DNA from: a virus
Virus record (IMG/VR): IMGVR_UViG_3300035156_000072
Coordinates: 1 to 55,913 of that record
Reading direction: 5' to 3' (one strand)
Length of the DNA: 55,913 nt
A program made the position numbers and the translations under genes. Shown piece by piece: positions 40,511 to 49,775 of this stretch. Under the pieces are notes generated by a model. That model was not told where the DNA came from, searched no databases, and saw nothing but the letters and a program-made list of their open reading frames with translations. How positions within the stretch are numbered: position 1 is the first letter of the stretch; every line of letters starts with the position of its first letter.

Positions 40511-41128
40511 ATGGAGCCTGTAGCCTTCGCTAGCGCCTATCGCCAATTGCGACCGTCCGAACGGGCGTATGTTGACGGCTATGTGCAGGGCGTGGAACGC
40601 GAGGCGCACCGCAACCATGAGCGCATCAGCAACGCCCTGTACCGCCCGATTGCGCCTGATGTGGTGGAAGCGTCACGGGGCATGCTTGAGCGCCCCTTGG
40701 TGCGCGCCGCGATTAGCGAGCGCATCAACGACCTAGCCCGCGACAGTGAGCTAACAGTACCCCGCGTCCTCAAAGAGCTAATGGCGGTCAGCTTCGCCAG
40801 CATTGGCGATTACATGGAGGTTGGCGACGACGGACAACCGTATTTCAATTTGGCGAGTGCGACACCGGAACAATTGGCCGCAATCAAGTCGATTGAGATT
40901 GAGGAAAGCGGTTCGCCCATGGAGCGCAGCCATAAGCGCAAGTTCAAGTTCACCCTGCACGACAAGCTAGGCGGTCTCGCCATGCTTACAAAGTTCATGG
41001 GTATGCTTGACGCCGACAACCCGCATTGGCGCAACGATAACGCCCGCCCGGCGGCGCAGGGTGCATTGCCGGGCGGAACGTCTGTAGAGGGCGCGGGCGA
41101 CCGTTGGGCGCAGATGATCAATGGTTAG
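40511..41128 (+). CDS. terS: terminase small subunit (Terminase_2/P27-like)
   Basis: 205 aa located upstream of terL. The central region (ELTVPRVLKELMAVSFASIGDYM...FTLHDKLGGLAMLTKFMGML) resembles P27-family small terminases. Confidence 0.75.
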   Translation: MEPVAFASAYRQLRPSERAYVDGYVQGVEREAHRNHERISNALYRPIAPDVVEASRGMLERPLVRAAISERINDLARDSELTVPRVLKELMAVSFASIGDYMEVGDDGQPYFNLASATPEQLAAIKSIEIEESGSPMERSHKRKFKFTLHDKLGGLAMLTKFMGMLDADNPHWRNDNARPAAQGALPGGTSVEGAGDRWAQMING

Positions 41129-41129
41129 G

Positions 41130-41507
41130 TCAGTCGCACGCCCTATGCATGGCGCTTTTTGCAGTCGAATAGCGACCGCTGCGACAATCATAGTAAGTGC
41201 CGTTTTCCCGACGCTCTTGGATGCGAAACGGTCGGGGTGTTCTGATCACGCTGTAAACGCGATTGACGCGATAGCGACCGTCATTGCGAACGTACCACAA
41301 GCCGTCATCGCTGACCTTCCACGATGCAAGCGGCGGTTCGCATTCGTCAGCTACGGCGTCAATGCTCGCATTAACACGGTCAGCGTGCGCTTTAATCGTG
41401 GTTGCCAAATCCTGCAACACGCGAGCCGCAGACAAGTAAGCGCCATCACAGGCGTATGTGTGCGCCAATTCGCTGCGCTCTTTGATGTGGTCGCGCATAT
41501 CCATCAT
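41130..41507 (-). CDS. hypothetical protein encoded antisense between terS and terL
   Basis: The minus frame has normal codon usage and globular sequence (WKVSDDGLWYVRNDGRYRVNRVYSV). The start is taken at ATG 41507, preceded by AGAGG. The track ORF extends to a TTG at 41570. Confidence 0.5.
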   Translation of the reverse strand: MMDMRDHIKERSELAHTYACDGAYLSAARVLQDLATTIKAHADRVNASIDAVADECEPPLASWKVSDDGLWYVRNDGRYRVNRVYSVIRTPRPFRIQERRENGTYYDCRSGRYSTAKSAMHRACD

Positions 41508-41563
41508 GTAACCTCTCAAGCGCGTCATTGCGCAAGGGTCGCATGTAAGCTGCTCGCAACCGT

Positions 41564-43318
41564 GTGTCAACCGTCGTGATACCGCAGGGCGACATATTCG
41601 CGCCGTTGCGCCCGGCTGTCGGACGTGTCGTCAAGCCGTGGAAGCCGCACGCCCTGTCGCATGATGAATGGCCGCCTAACTACATCGGTTTGTACGCGTG
41701 GCGCATTGATGCGCTTACATCGCTGCGTAACGATGAGACATTGCTAGCGGATGCGAAGGCATATTACGCCACCCGCCCCGGCGAATTCATTCAACATTTC
41801 ATGGACACCTACAACCCGCGCAAACGCACTAAATGGGTCCCGTTCGTGTTCTTTGACAGGCAACAAGAGTTTATCGAATTCCTGCAAGAGTTGCTGCGTG
41901 ATGAGGAGAACGGCCTAGTCGAGAAGTGCCGCGATATCGGCGCAACATGGCTGGTGTGCGCCTTTAGTGTCTGGTGTTGGCTGTTTATCCCCGATTTCGC
42001 CTTTGGTTGGGGTTCGCGCAAGCAAGAGCTAGTGGACAAGCTAGGCGACCCCGATAGTATATTTGAAAAAATGCGCCTTTTGGTGCGTCGTTTGCCGCCT
42101 GAATTCCTGCCTAAAGGGTTCAAGACGCGCGACCACGCAACGTTCATGAAGCTTATTAATCCAGAGAACGGCGCAACGATTACAGGCGAGAGTGGCGACA
42201 ACATCGGGCGCGGTGGTCGTAAAGCCATGTATGGCAAGGATGAAAGCGCGCACTATGAGCGACCGGAAAAGATTGAGGCGGCGCTAGGCGACAACACCAA
42301 CGTGCAGCTTGATATCTCGTCGGTAAATGGCCTTGGTAACGTGTTTCACAGACGACGCGAGGCGGGCGTTGATTGGAAGCGCGGCGCATCGTTGCAGCCG
42401 GGCTACACGCGGGTATTCATATTCGATTGGCGGCACCACCCGGAAAAAGACCAAGCGTGGTACGACCAACGCAAGGCTAAAGCCGTCCGAGAGGGTATGC
42501 AGCACGTATTTGCGCAAGAGGTTGACCGCGATTACGCCGCAGCGGTGCAAAACACGGTCATCAGTTACGATTGGTTGCAAGCGTGCGTTGATGCACATTT
42601 GCTGGTGCCGCAGTTGCGCGAGGAACCGCCTAACGTGTGGATGGCGGGGCTAGACGTTGCCGATAGCGAGGAAGGCGACAGGAACGCCCTAGCGCTGCGC
42701 CAATGGGTCATACTGCGCCATGTAGAGGAGTGGGGCGAACGTGACCCCGGCGTGACCGCACGGCGCATGGTGGCGGCTGTACGCGTCCACAAGGGTATCA
42801 AGGTGCAATATGACCCCATTGGCGTTGGTGTCGGTGTAAAGACGGAATACAACCGGTTGCTTGATGACGACAAACTAACGCGAGGCGATGTAAACCTTAT
42901 CCCATGGAACGCAGGCGGCGCGGTCGTCAATCCGTTCCACCGCACCATACCTGACGATGAGCAATCGCTACTCAACAAAGACTTTTATAAGAACATGAAG
43001 GCGCAAGCGTGGTGGTCGCTGCGCACCCGTGTGTACAAAACGTGGTGTTGCGTCATGGCGATGCGCAACGGTGATGCTGTACCGAATTACCCGGCTGATG
43101 AGTTGATCAGCTTTGATAAGACCATGGGTGACGTGTTGCTCAAGCTGTTGAAGGAATTAGCCCAGCCGACCGCCGGTCAAAGTACTGATCTGCGCATGTT
43201 GATAGAGAAAAAACCTGACGGAACGCGCTCTCCCAACCTTGCTGATGCCGTGGTACAAGCGTTTTTCCCTGCACCGGAAGCGGGCGGGCAGGCTTACACA
43301 GGCGGATACAGCGGATGA
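41564..43318 (+). CDS. terL: terminase large subunit
   Basis: 584 aa lying directly before the portal gene (ATGA overlap). An ATPase N-terminal half and a nuclease C-terminal half are expected. Motifs seen include GATWLVC and GESGDNIGRGGR. Confidence 0.85.
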   Translation: MSTVVIPQGDIFAPLRPAVGRVVKPWKPHALSHDEWPPNYIGLYAWRIDALTSLRNDETLLADAKAYYATRPGEFIQHFMDTYNPRKRTKWVPFVFFDRQQEFIEFLQELLRDEENGLVEKCRDIGATWLVCAFSVWCWLFIPDFAFGWGSRKQELVDKLGDPDSIFEKMRLLVRRLPPEFLPKGFKTRDHATFMKLINPENGATITGESGDNIGRGGRKAMYGKDESAHYERPEKIEAALGDNTNVQLDISSVNGLGNVFHRRREAGVDWKRGASLQPGYTRVFIFDWRHHPEKDQAWYDQRKAKAVREGMQHVFAQEVDRDYAAAVQNTVISYDWLQACVDAHLLVPQLREEPPNVWMAGLDVADSEEGDRNALALRQWVILRHVEEWGERDPGVTARRMVAAVRVHKGIKVQYDPIGVGVGVKTEYNRLLDDDKLTRGDVNLIPWNAGGAVVNPFHRTIPDDEQSLLNKDFYKNMKAQAWWSLRTRVYKTWCCVMAMRNGDAVPNYPADELISFDKTMGDVLLKLLKELAQPTAGQSTDLRMLIEKKPDGTRSPNLADAVVQAFFPAPEAGGQAYTGGYSG

Positions 43319-44997
43319 CCAATCGCACGCGCATGCTTTCCACCACGGCGCTGCACGCCCTTGCGCATGCCAATGAGCCGGGGCCGGTTACGCCGGGTTT
43401 CGTCGCTGACCCGGCAACCGCTGTGGCGCGTGGTGTCGGTACGCAGGGCACAGGCAACGCCGCTGATGACCCATACATGAGGCGTGCGCCCGACATGCTG
43501 GCGATGGTGCCTTATTGGGATTTGTCCGACTGCATCGTTGATGGGTTGGACGCAATGAAGCTTGCGGGTAAGGTGTACCTGCCCATGTTCCCTGATGAGG
43601 ATGCGGCGGCGTATGCGTTCCGCTTGTCATACGCAAAGATGACGAACGTATTCCGCGACAGTTGCGAAAGCCTGTCCAACAAGCCCTTTGAAAAAGAGGT
43701 CACGCTTGTTGAGGATGAGAACAACAAGCCGCCGGAACAAGCCCTAGAGTTTTGCGAGGATGTGGACGGGTCGGGTAACAACCTGACCGCATTTGCGGTA
43801 TCCACATTCTTTAATGGTATCGTCAGCGCAATCGACTGGATCATGGTCGATTATGACAAGCCCGACCCGAATGTGCGCACTGTTGCAGACGCCAAAGATG
43901 CTGGTGTGCGCCCCTATTGGTCGCATGTACTAGGACGCAACGTGCTTGAGGCGCGCGTAAAGGTCATCGCTGGTAAAGAGGTTCTGACCTATGCCCGTGT
44001 GCTTGAGCCGGGTAAGGTTGACCGTGTGCGTGTGTTTGAGCGCAACGCATCAGGTGTTGTCACATGGGAATTGCGCGAGAAGCGCGACACTGAAATTGAT
44101 AGCCCGCTAGGTCGCACGCGGTTTCATATCGCAGCCGATGACGACGGCAACGCAGAAAAAGGCACAATCACAATCGGCGTTATTCCGCTGGTGCCGTTCT
44201 ACACCGGGCGTCGCGATGGTCGCACGTTCAAGTTTTTTCCTGCGATGCGCGACGCCGCAGACTTGCAAGTCAACCTGTATCGCAGCGAATGCGGGCTGGA
44301 ACACATTAAGGTGCTAGCCGGGTATCCCATGCTTGCCGCCAACGGTATCGCACCGCCCAAGGATGCAGCGGGCAAGGTCACCAAGCTTGCGGTTGGACCG
44401 GGCCGCGTCCTGTACTCCATACCGGACGGTGCAGGCAATTATGGCTCATGGGCGTATGTGCAACCAGATGCGGCGTTGCTCACGTTCCTTGAAAGCAACA
44501 TTGAAAACACCATCAACCAACTGCGTGAAATCGCACGTCAGCCGCTCACGGCGCAATCAGGCAATATCACCACCATCACCGCCGCTATCAGCGCAGGTAA
44601 GGCGAAATCTGCGGTGGGTCAGTGGGGCTTGGCGCTAAAGAATGCGCTAGAAAACGCCATGGTGCTTACAATGATGTGGATGGGCGTTAAGCAGGATACA
44701 TACGACCCTGCGGTGTATGTCTATACCGACTTTGACGAATTCACAGAGGGTAAAGACCTAGAGACAATCGACGCAGACCGTGAACGTGGCGATATCTCGC
44801 GTGAAACGTTGTGGGAAGAAAAGAAACGCCGTGGTATCTACAGCGACGAATTCACACCAGAGCGCGAGGAACAACGGTTGTTGGACGAAACACCGTCCGA
44901 CACGGGCGACGATATCGACCCTGACGCACCGCCTGTAACCGGCACAAAACCCGCCCCGCGTGTCCCGCGTAAGGCTAAGACAGAGGAAACAGTATGA
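43315..44997 (+). CDS. portal protein (DUF4055-like)
   Basis: 560 aa, immediately downstream of terL, with an acidic C-terminus. Confidence 0.8.
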   Translation: MTNRTRMLSTTALHALAHANEPGPVTPGFVADPATAVARGVGTQGTGNAADDPYMRRAPDMLAMVPYWDLSDCIVDGLDAMKLAGKVYLPMFPDEDAAAYAFRLSYAKMTNVFRDSCESLSNKPFEKEVTLVEDENNKPPEQALEFCEDVDGSGNNLTAFAVSTFFNGIVSAIDWIMVDYDKPDPNVRTVADAKDAGVRPYWSHVLGRNVLEARVKVIAGKEVLTYARVLEPGKVDRVRVFERNASGVVTWELREKRDTEIDSPLGRTRFHIAADDDGNAEKGTITIGVIPLVPFYTGRRDGRTFKFFPAMRDAADLQVNLYRSECGLEHIKVLAGYPMLAANGIAPPKDAAGKVTKLAVGPGRVLYSIPDGAGNYGSWAYVQPDAALLTFLESNIENTINQLREIARQPLTAQSGNITTITAAISAGKAKSAVGQWGLALKNALENAMVLTMMWMGVKQDTYDPAVYVYTDFDEFTEGKDLETIDADRERGDISRETLWEEKKRRGIYSDEFTPEREEQRLLDETPSDTGDDIDPDAPPVTGTKPAPRVPRKAKTEETV

Positions 44998-45167
44998 GAG
45001 AAGCGGCAAATCTAGGCTTGGCGACAACCGCCGAATTGATCGAAGAATTAGCAGCGCGTGCGCGTGTGGGCGGTTATGCCGAATATCGCACCGTTGATAT
45101 CGACGGTGAGTCAGACACCAGCGCCGACACCCTGCAACAAGCCGTTGCGGACGTGACGGCGAAATAA
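44994..45167 (+). CDS. small acidic hypothetical protein (57 aa)
   Basis: ATGA overlap with the portal stop. Below the track cutoff. Reads MREAANLGLATTAELIEELAARARV... Confidence 0.4.
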   Translation: MREAANLGLATTAELIEELAARARVGGYAEYRTVDIDGESDTSADTLQQAVADVTAK

Positions 45168-45240
45168 TCCCCGCCCCGGCGGGTTAACCCAAGCCGCCCA
45201 TTCGGATGAATGGCGGCGCAATCGGTCGGATGGCCGGAAA

Positions 45241-46074
45241 GTGAATAACACCATGCGTATCAACACCCGTCACCTGTTGCTGACTGCAACGGCGCTGCAT
45301 GCGGTCGCATTCGAGAACCGCCCCGGCTGGAAGATGGACGGTGACAAGCTCGCCACCGACGCCAACGGCAACCCGATTTACATTGACGACGCCGGGCGCG
45401 AAATCGTCACGGAAAGCGGCACCATCGGTCGTCTGAACGGTGAAGCGAAGCAACACCGTGAGCGCGCCGAAAAGGCGGAAGCGGCTGCAAAGAAATATGA
45501 GGGTATCGACCCGGAAGCCGCACGCAAGGCGCTTGATACGGTCGGTAAGCTTGATCAAAAGCAGCTTATCGACGCGGGCAAGGTTGATGAGGTCAAGCAG
45601 CAAATCACCGCGCAATATGAGACGCAACTAAACGAGGTCAAGCAGGTCAACACTACGTTGCAAGCGGAGCGCGACGGCTTGATCAAGTCCAACGCGTTCA
45701 CCAAGTCCAAGTTTATCAGCGAACGTGTCGCTGTGCCGCCCGAAATGTTTGAAAAGACATTTGGTGACCAATTCAAGGTCGAAGATGGCAAAGTCGTACC
45801 GTATGGCCGCGACGGTAACCCTGTGTACTCCAAAAAGCGCATGGGCGAGATTGCGGATGTTGATGAAGCGTTTGAAATCATCCTTGAAACCTACCCGCAC
45901 AAAGACACCGTGCTTAAGGCTGTGCAGAATGGCGGGTCGGGCAACAACGGTGGCGGCGGTCAACGCGGTCAAGGCCGGTTCCTGCCTCGCGCCACCTTCG
46001 ACGCCATGGAGCCGGGCGCAAAGGCCGCAGCGGGCGAGCAAATCCGCAAGGGCGAGTTGACGCTACAGGAATAA
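45241..46074 (+). CDS. capsid scaffolding protein
   Basis: Coiled-coil rich, lying between the portal and capsid genes. GNPIYIDDAG...GIDPEAARKALDTVGKLDQKQLIDAGK resembles scaffold families. The start is uncertain (GTG 45241, ATG 45253 or ATG 45334). Confidence 0.6.
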   Translation: MNNTMRINTRHLLLTATALHAVAFENRPGWKMDGDKLATDANGNPIYIDDAGREIVTESGTIGRLNGEAKQHRERAEKAEAAAKKYEGIDPEAARKALDTVGKLDQKQLIDAGKVDEVKQQITAQYETQLNEVKQVNTTLQAERDGLIKSNAFTKSKFISERVAVPPEMFEKTFGDQFKVEDGKVVPYGRDGNPVYSKKRMGEIADVDEAFEIILETYPHKDTVLKAVQNGGSGNNGGGGQRGQGRFLPRATFDAMEPGAKAAAGEQIRKGELTLQE

Positions 46075-46106
46075 CCTGTCACACAGGAATTCCCCTCTGA
46101 CCGAAA

Positions 46107-46138
46107 CCCCGCCCGGCTAACGCTAGGCGGGGTTTTTT
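46107..46138 (+). terminator. intrinsic terminator after scaffold gene
   Basis: CCCCGCC-cggctaacgcta-GGCGGGG followed by TTTTTT. Confidence 0.8.
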
Positions 46139-46428
46139 CATGCCTGCTGGTCACACCATGCGATGACCGCAGCAAGGTCAAGCCCGGCGCTCCGGTGCAC
46201 AGCGACAGGTGCCTTGCCCTCGCGCAACGCCGCATCGCTGACCGTGTGCGCGTCCGTGACGATGTAATAATCATCAAACGAACCATCAGCGTTGGCAGGC
46301 CCTCGCGTTTCGTAAATGCCGAACCGGTGCAACGCATAGAACGCGACGGCAACGCGAGTGTGCTTGACGAAAAACCGGTCTGACCGGCTATCCGTCAAGC
46401 TGCGCCACGTGAGCGACGGGACGGCCAT
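46138..46428 (-). CDS. hypothetical protein (96 aa), antisense cassette
   Basis: ORF coupled to the upstream 62-aa gene by a 1-nt overlap. Confidence 0.55.
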   Translation of the reverse strand: MAVPSLTWRSLTDSRSDRFFVKHTRVAVAFYALHRFGIYETRGPANADGSFDDYYIVTDAHTVSDAALREGKAPVAVHRSAGLDLAAVIAWCDQQA

Positions 46429-46616
46429 TAGGCCGCCTCGCGCATAACGTCAGCGAACGTCAGGATGCGGTGGCACCCATTGTCGTTGAACGTGTAGCCA
46501 CGCGAACCATTCGCGAACGGCATGGGCGACGACATGTCAGGAATGACAGTCAGACCGATAAGCGTCATACCCTTGCGGGCAAGAGCGGCGAGGGTCTTTT
46601 TAGAAAAGTCATTCAT
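46428..46616 (-). CDS. hypothetical protein (62 aa), antisense cassette
   Basis: The start is taken at internal ATG 46616 (MNDFSKKTLAAL...), which abuts the cassette leader (GAAAGGGCGCACC-ATG). Confidence 0.55.
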   Translation of the reverse strand: MNDFSKKTLAALARKGMTLIGLTVIPDMSSPMPFANGSRGYTFNDNGCHRILTFADVMREAA

Positions 46617-46706
46617 GGTGCGCCCTTTCAAGGCTGGTGCGGCGAGTGCCGCGTTGAACGTGTTAGCTGTATGTCACGCGCAACGAACCAGTGCAAGAGT
46701 TATTTT
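46614..46706 (-). promoter_or_regulatory. promoter-leader cassette (family member, distinct leader)
   Basis: Minus strand reads AAAATAACTCTTGCAC-TGGTTCGTTGCGCGTGA-CATACA... Confidence 0.55.
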
Positions 46707-46828
46707 CAAAAGAACACCCGCCATACCCACAACGCCGCAACGGGCATGAGGCACAGGGCGCACCACCCGGCGGCGACGAACCACACGTACCATGGCGTGC
46801 GCGGTTCAGGGTTTGGTGTGTAGGTCAT
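46706..46828 (-). CDS. small hydrophobic peptide (40 aa)
   Basis: MTYTPNPEPRTPWYVWFVAAGWCALCLMPVAALWVWRVFF. The SD is GAGAGGG. The stop lies directly before AAAATAACTC. Below the track cutoff. Confidence 0.4.
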   Translation of the reverse strand: MTYTPNPEPRTPWYVWFVAAGWCALCLMPVAALWVWRVFF

Positions 46829-46896
46829 AATGCGCCCTCTCTAGGCTGTGTGGTGAAAGTGCCGGGATATAGCGCCCGGCTCGCTTGGTGCGTGCG

Positions 46897-47115
46897 TTAA
46901 GGTATGCAGACCTCAAAGCGACCGTCTGCCGTGGCTTCCACCGTACCGGGCATGTTGTAACCAAAGTCGTAACCGGCGGCACGGTCAATTATTGCGTTGT
47001 GCTTTGCGGCGGTCGCACACCTGTCGGCTTCCTCTCGCGTCTTGTAGGTTCGCCAACCTACCTTAATGCCGCTGCGGTAATCGTCAGCGGAAGGGTATTC
47101 CATACGGTCGGACAT
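46897..47115 (-). CDS. hypothetical protein (72 aa), antisense cassette
   Basis: The start is taken at internal ATG 47115 (MSDRMEYPSADDY...). This is consistent with the promoter TTGCAC-N17-TATTGT located upstream of it. Confidence 0.5.
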   Translation of the reverse strand: MSDRMEYPSADDYRSGIKVGWRTYKTREEADRCATAAKHNAIIDRAAGYDFGYNMPGTVEATADGRFEVCIP

Positions 47116-47195
47116 TATCAGTTTCCGTGTAAAGCGCATAATTGCGCAATCACCACAATAGACCATTGCAAGAGTTGGTGCAAGAGTTATTTTTA
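47116..47195 (-). promoter_or_regulatory. promoter (cassette family; TTGCAC-N17-TATTGT)
   Basis: Minus strand reads AAAAATAACTCTTGCAC-CAACTCTTGCAATGGTC-TATTGT. It is divergent from the capsid gene. Confidence 0.55.
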
Positions 47196-47336
47196 TACGT
47201 CACCGTCACACGTGACCCCTTGCCGTCCATAACGGCTCAAGCTATCACGGGCGTTGCCTGATGTTGGATGACGGACGGCGCTCTAGGTCGGATGACCTGT
47301 TACGCCATTCAACCCATCATTAGGAGCGCCCGCGCC

Positions 47337-48602
47337 ATGCGCAGCACCAATCAAACCATGCTCGCCAGCGTCGGCGGTATGTCCCTCATTCTCGCATCGG
47401 GCCAAGCGCCCGCCATCATGACCCCGGCTTACGCGAACACCCTCGCGCCGCTGGTGGGTTCGATTTATGATGCGTTCTACATCATCAGCCGTGAGCTTAC
47501 GGGCTTCCTGCCATCGGCCATGCGGTCGCCGGGTGTGGAACGCGCTGCACTGAACCAATCGGTCAGCTATCCCATCGCGCCTACGCAAACCGCCTACGAT
47601 ATCGTACCGGCGATGACCATTCCTGAACCGCCCGACAACGCGTTCACCACGGGCACCATGGCAATCACCAAGTCGCGTGCTGTGCCGTTCGGCATCACCG
47701 GCGAGGAACAACGCAGCCTCGCGGTTCCGGGTTCGCCGGGCATCGTTTCGGTGCAGGCCATGTGGATCGCGGAAGCGCTGCGCACGCTCATCAACGAAAT
47801 GGAGGTTGACCTCGCTGTCGAAGCTGCGGCCAATGCCTCGCGTGCCTATGGCACTGCCGGTACGACGCCATTCAACACCTCAAGCGAGTTGACGGACGCC
47901 GCGCAAATCAAGAAAATCCTTGATGACAACGGCGCACCGCTCACGGGCCGTTCGATGGTCATGAACACGTCGGCTGCGGCGAACCTTATGACGGTCAAGA
48001 ACATTTCGCGCGCAAATGAAAACGGGTCGCAACTGACCCTGCGTACCGGCGAATTGCTTGACCTGTTCGGTATGTCGCTCAAGCAATCGGCGCAAGCGGT
48101 CAACAAGACCAAGGGCACCGGTACGGGCGCAACCACCAACGCCGCTGGTTATGCGGTCGGTGCGCAGGTGATCACGCTTGCGTCGGCTGGTACGGGCACC
48201 ATCACCGCTGGTGATGTGGTCACGTTCGCGGGCGACACTAACAAGTACGTGGTTATCCCCAACGGTGGCGACGCCGACGTGTCCAACGGTGGTACGTTCA
48301 CCATCGCTGCGCCCGGTCTGCGTGTCGCTATCCCGGCGTCCGCAACGGCCATCACGGTCGGTGGTTCGTATGCCGCTAACGTCGCGTTCAGCGCCGATGC
48401 GCTGCACATCGCCATGCGTGCGCCTGCCATCCCGCAAGAGGGCGACGCCGCCGCTGATCGCATGATGCTCATGGACCCGTTCACGGGCATCAGCTTTGAG
48501 TTCGCGATTTACGTCGGGTACAAAAAGGTGCGGTACGAAATCGGCATGGCGTGGGGTGTGAAGGCGGTCAAGCGTCAACACATCGCGTTGCTGCTAGGCT
48601 AA
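47337..48602 (+). CDS. major capsid protein
   Basis: The start is taken at ATG 47337 (MRSTNQTML...), 9 nt after TAGGAG. 421 aa. It is followed by a strong terminator and lies after the scaffold gene. Confidence 0.8.
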   Translation: MRSTNQTMLASVGGMSLILASGQAPAIMTPAYANTLAPLVGSIYDAFYIISRELTGFLPSAMRSPGVERAALNQSVSYPIAPTQTAYDIVPAMTIPEPPDNAFTTGTMAITKSRAVPFGITGEEQRSLAVPGSPGIVSVQAMWIAEALRTLINEMEVDLAVEAAANASRAYGTAGTTPFNTSSELTDAAQIKKILDDNGAPLTGRSMVMNTSAAANLMTVKNISRANENGSQLTLRTGELLDLFGMSLKQSAQAVNKTKGTGTGATTNAAGYAVGAQVITLASAGTGTITAGDVVTFAGDTNKYVVIPNGGDADVSNGGTFTIAAPGLRVAIPASATAITVGGSYAANVAFSADALHIAMRAPAIPQEGDAAADRMMLMDPFTGISFEFAIYVGYKKVRYEIGMAWGVKAVKRQHIALLLG

Positions 48603-48626
48603 TACGCCAACGCATGTTAGGGATTG

Positions 48627-48666
48627 GGCCGGGGTGCGGGTTTACCGCTCCCGGCCTTTTTCTTTT
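48627..48666 (+). terminator. intrinsic terminator after capsid gene
   Basis: GGCCGGG-...-CCCGGCC followed by TTTTTCTTTT. Confidence 0.75.
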
Positions 48667-48685
48667 GCAAAAGAACGGAACCAAC

Positions 48686-49183
48686 ATGCGTATTCATCTG
48701 TTTTCATCTGTTGCGCTCGTTGCGCTCGCTCACATGTCGGACACCTGCGAAACCGTGTCAGTTAACGGCGGTTTGCGTGTCAACAAGTCGGATTACGACG
48801 CCGACCAAGGCGACGGCGGCGCAAAGCAATACAAGCTGGATAGCGCCGCCAAGCAGGAAGCCAATGTGGACAACACCGCAGGCGTCGAAACCACCTTGCC
48901 GCCCGGCGTGACCGTTCCGCCCGCCCCGTCCGCTCCAATCCCGCTCGCACCTGATGGCACCGTACCGACCGCCGGTATTGTGACGGCAACGACCGCCTCG
49001 CCGGGTCAACTGCTGGTCAGTAAGGGCGGCACCGACAAAAAGCCCAAGTTCTACGTCGTCACCGTTGACGGCGGCGTCAGCACGCCCGTTGTTGACCGCG
49101 AGGGCATCGACAAGGCCGGATACGATAGCGAGGTTGAGGCATGGGAAGCCATTCGCCTCGTGCTGCGCGATAGCGTCCGCTAG
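48686..49183 (+). CDS. hypothetical head-associated protein (165 aa)
   Basis: Internal ATG at 48686, downstream of the terminator. It has a Pro-rich linker. Assigned by position only. Confidence 0.45.
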   Translation: MRIHLFSSVALVALAHMSDTCETVSVNGGLRVNKSDYDADQGDGGAKQYKLDSAAKQEANVDNTAGVETTLPPGVTVPPAPSAPIPLAPDGTVPTAGIVTATTASPGQLLVSKGGTDKKPKFYVVTVDGGVSTPVVDREGIDKAGYDSEVEAWEAIRLVLRDSVR

Positions 49184-49208
49184 GGCATAACCCTAGGATC
49201 ATGCTAAT

Positions 49209-49240
49209 ACGGCCCGTGGCACCCGCTGCGGGCCGTTTCT
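49209..49240 (+). terminator. intrinsic terminator
   Basis: ACGGCCCG-tggcacccgctg-CGGGCCGT followed by TTCT. Confidence 0.6.
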
Positions 49241-49256
49241 ACAGGGATTATGGGCT

Positions 49257-49763
49257 ATGGCTGACTATGGCACCAATGCGGGGTTTCTGGTGTACCACGC
49301 GGCACGTGGAAACGTCGTGTCACAGTTCAACGATGACACCAAGATAACCGCCGCACGTCTGGTGGCGTCGGAATGGCTTGACGGCAAGTACAGGGGTTTG
49401 TTCCCCGGCACCAAGATTGGTGGTCGTGCGCAGGTGCGCGAATGGCCGCGCTACAGCGCTTACGACGTGTACGGTGATGTAATCCCGTCAGAGGCGGTGC
49501 CGAACGAAATTGACAGTGCGGTGTATGAGGCGACGTATAAGCAGCTTACAACGCCCGGCTCGCTTAACGTCGATTGGACGCCACCCAAATACAAGCGCGC
49601 CTCTGTTGATGGTGCGGTAAGCGTCGAATACGTCACGTTCGCCAATGCGGCTGACACGCAAACCCGTTTCGCTGTTATCGATGCAATTCTCTCGCCAATC
49701 CTGACCGGTGGCGGCATTGGTTCCACAAGCGCCCTTAGCGGGCCGTCCGGTCGCGTTGGGTAA
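49257..49763 (+). CDS. head-tail connector protein (gp6-like / DnaT_2-like family)
   Basis: WLDGKYRGLFPGTKIGGRAQVREWPRYSAYDVYGDVIPSEAVPNEIDSAVYEAT matches the connector family pattern from memory. Confidence 0.55.
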   Translation: MADYGTNAGFLVYHAARGNVVSQFNDDTKITAARLVASEWLDGKYRGLFPGTKIGGRAQVREWPRYSAYDVYGDVIPSEAVPNEIDSAVYEATYKQLTTPGSLNVDWTPPKYKRASVDGAVSVEYVTFANAADTQTRFAVIDAILSPILTGGGIGSTSALSGPSGRVG

Positions 49764-49775
49764 TCGCCCATGCAA

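Noticed and set aside
41121-41579. A plus-strand ORF that would fill the terS-terL gap.
   Set aside because: Its sequence looks like the antisense of a real gene. The minus-strand frame has better codon usage, an AGAGG RBS and globular sequence. This remains to be verified.
47268-47336. The upstream start (47268) for the major capsid gene.
   Set aside because: There is no RBS. ATG 47337 is preceded by TAGGAG at optimal spacing, and the extra 23 residues look non-native.
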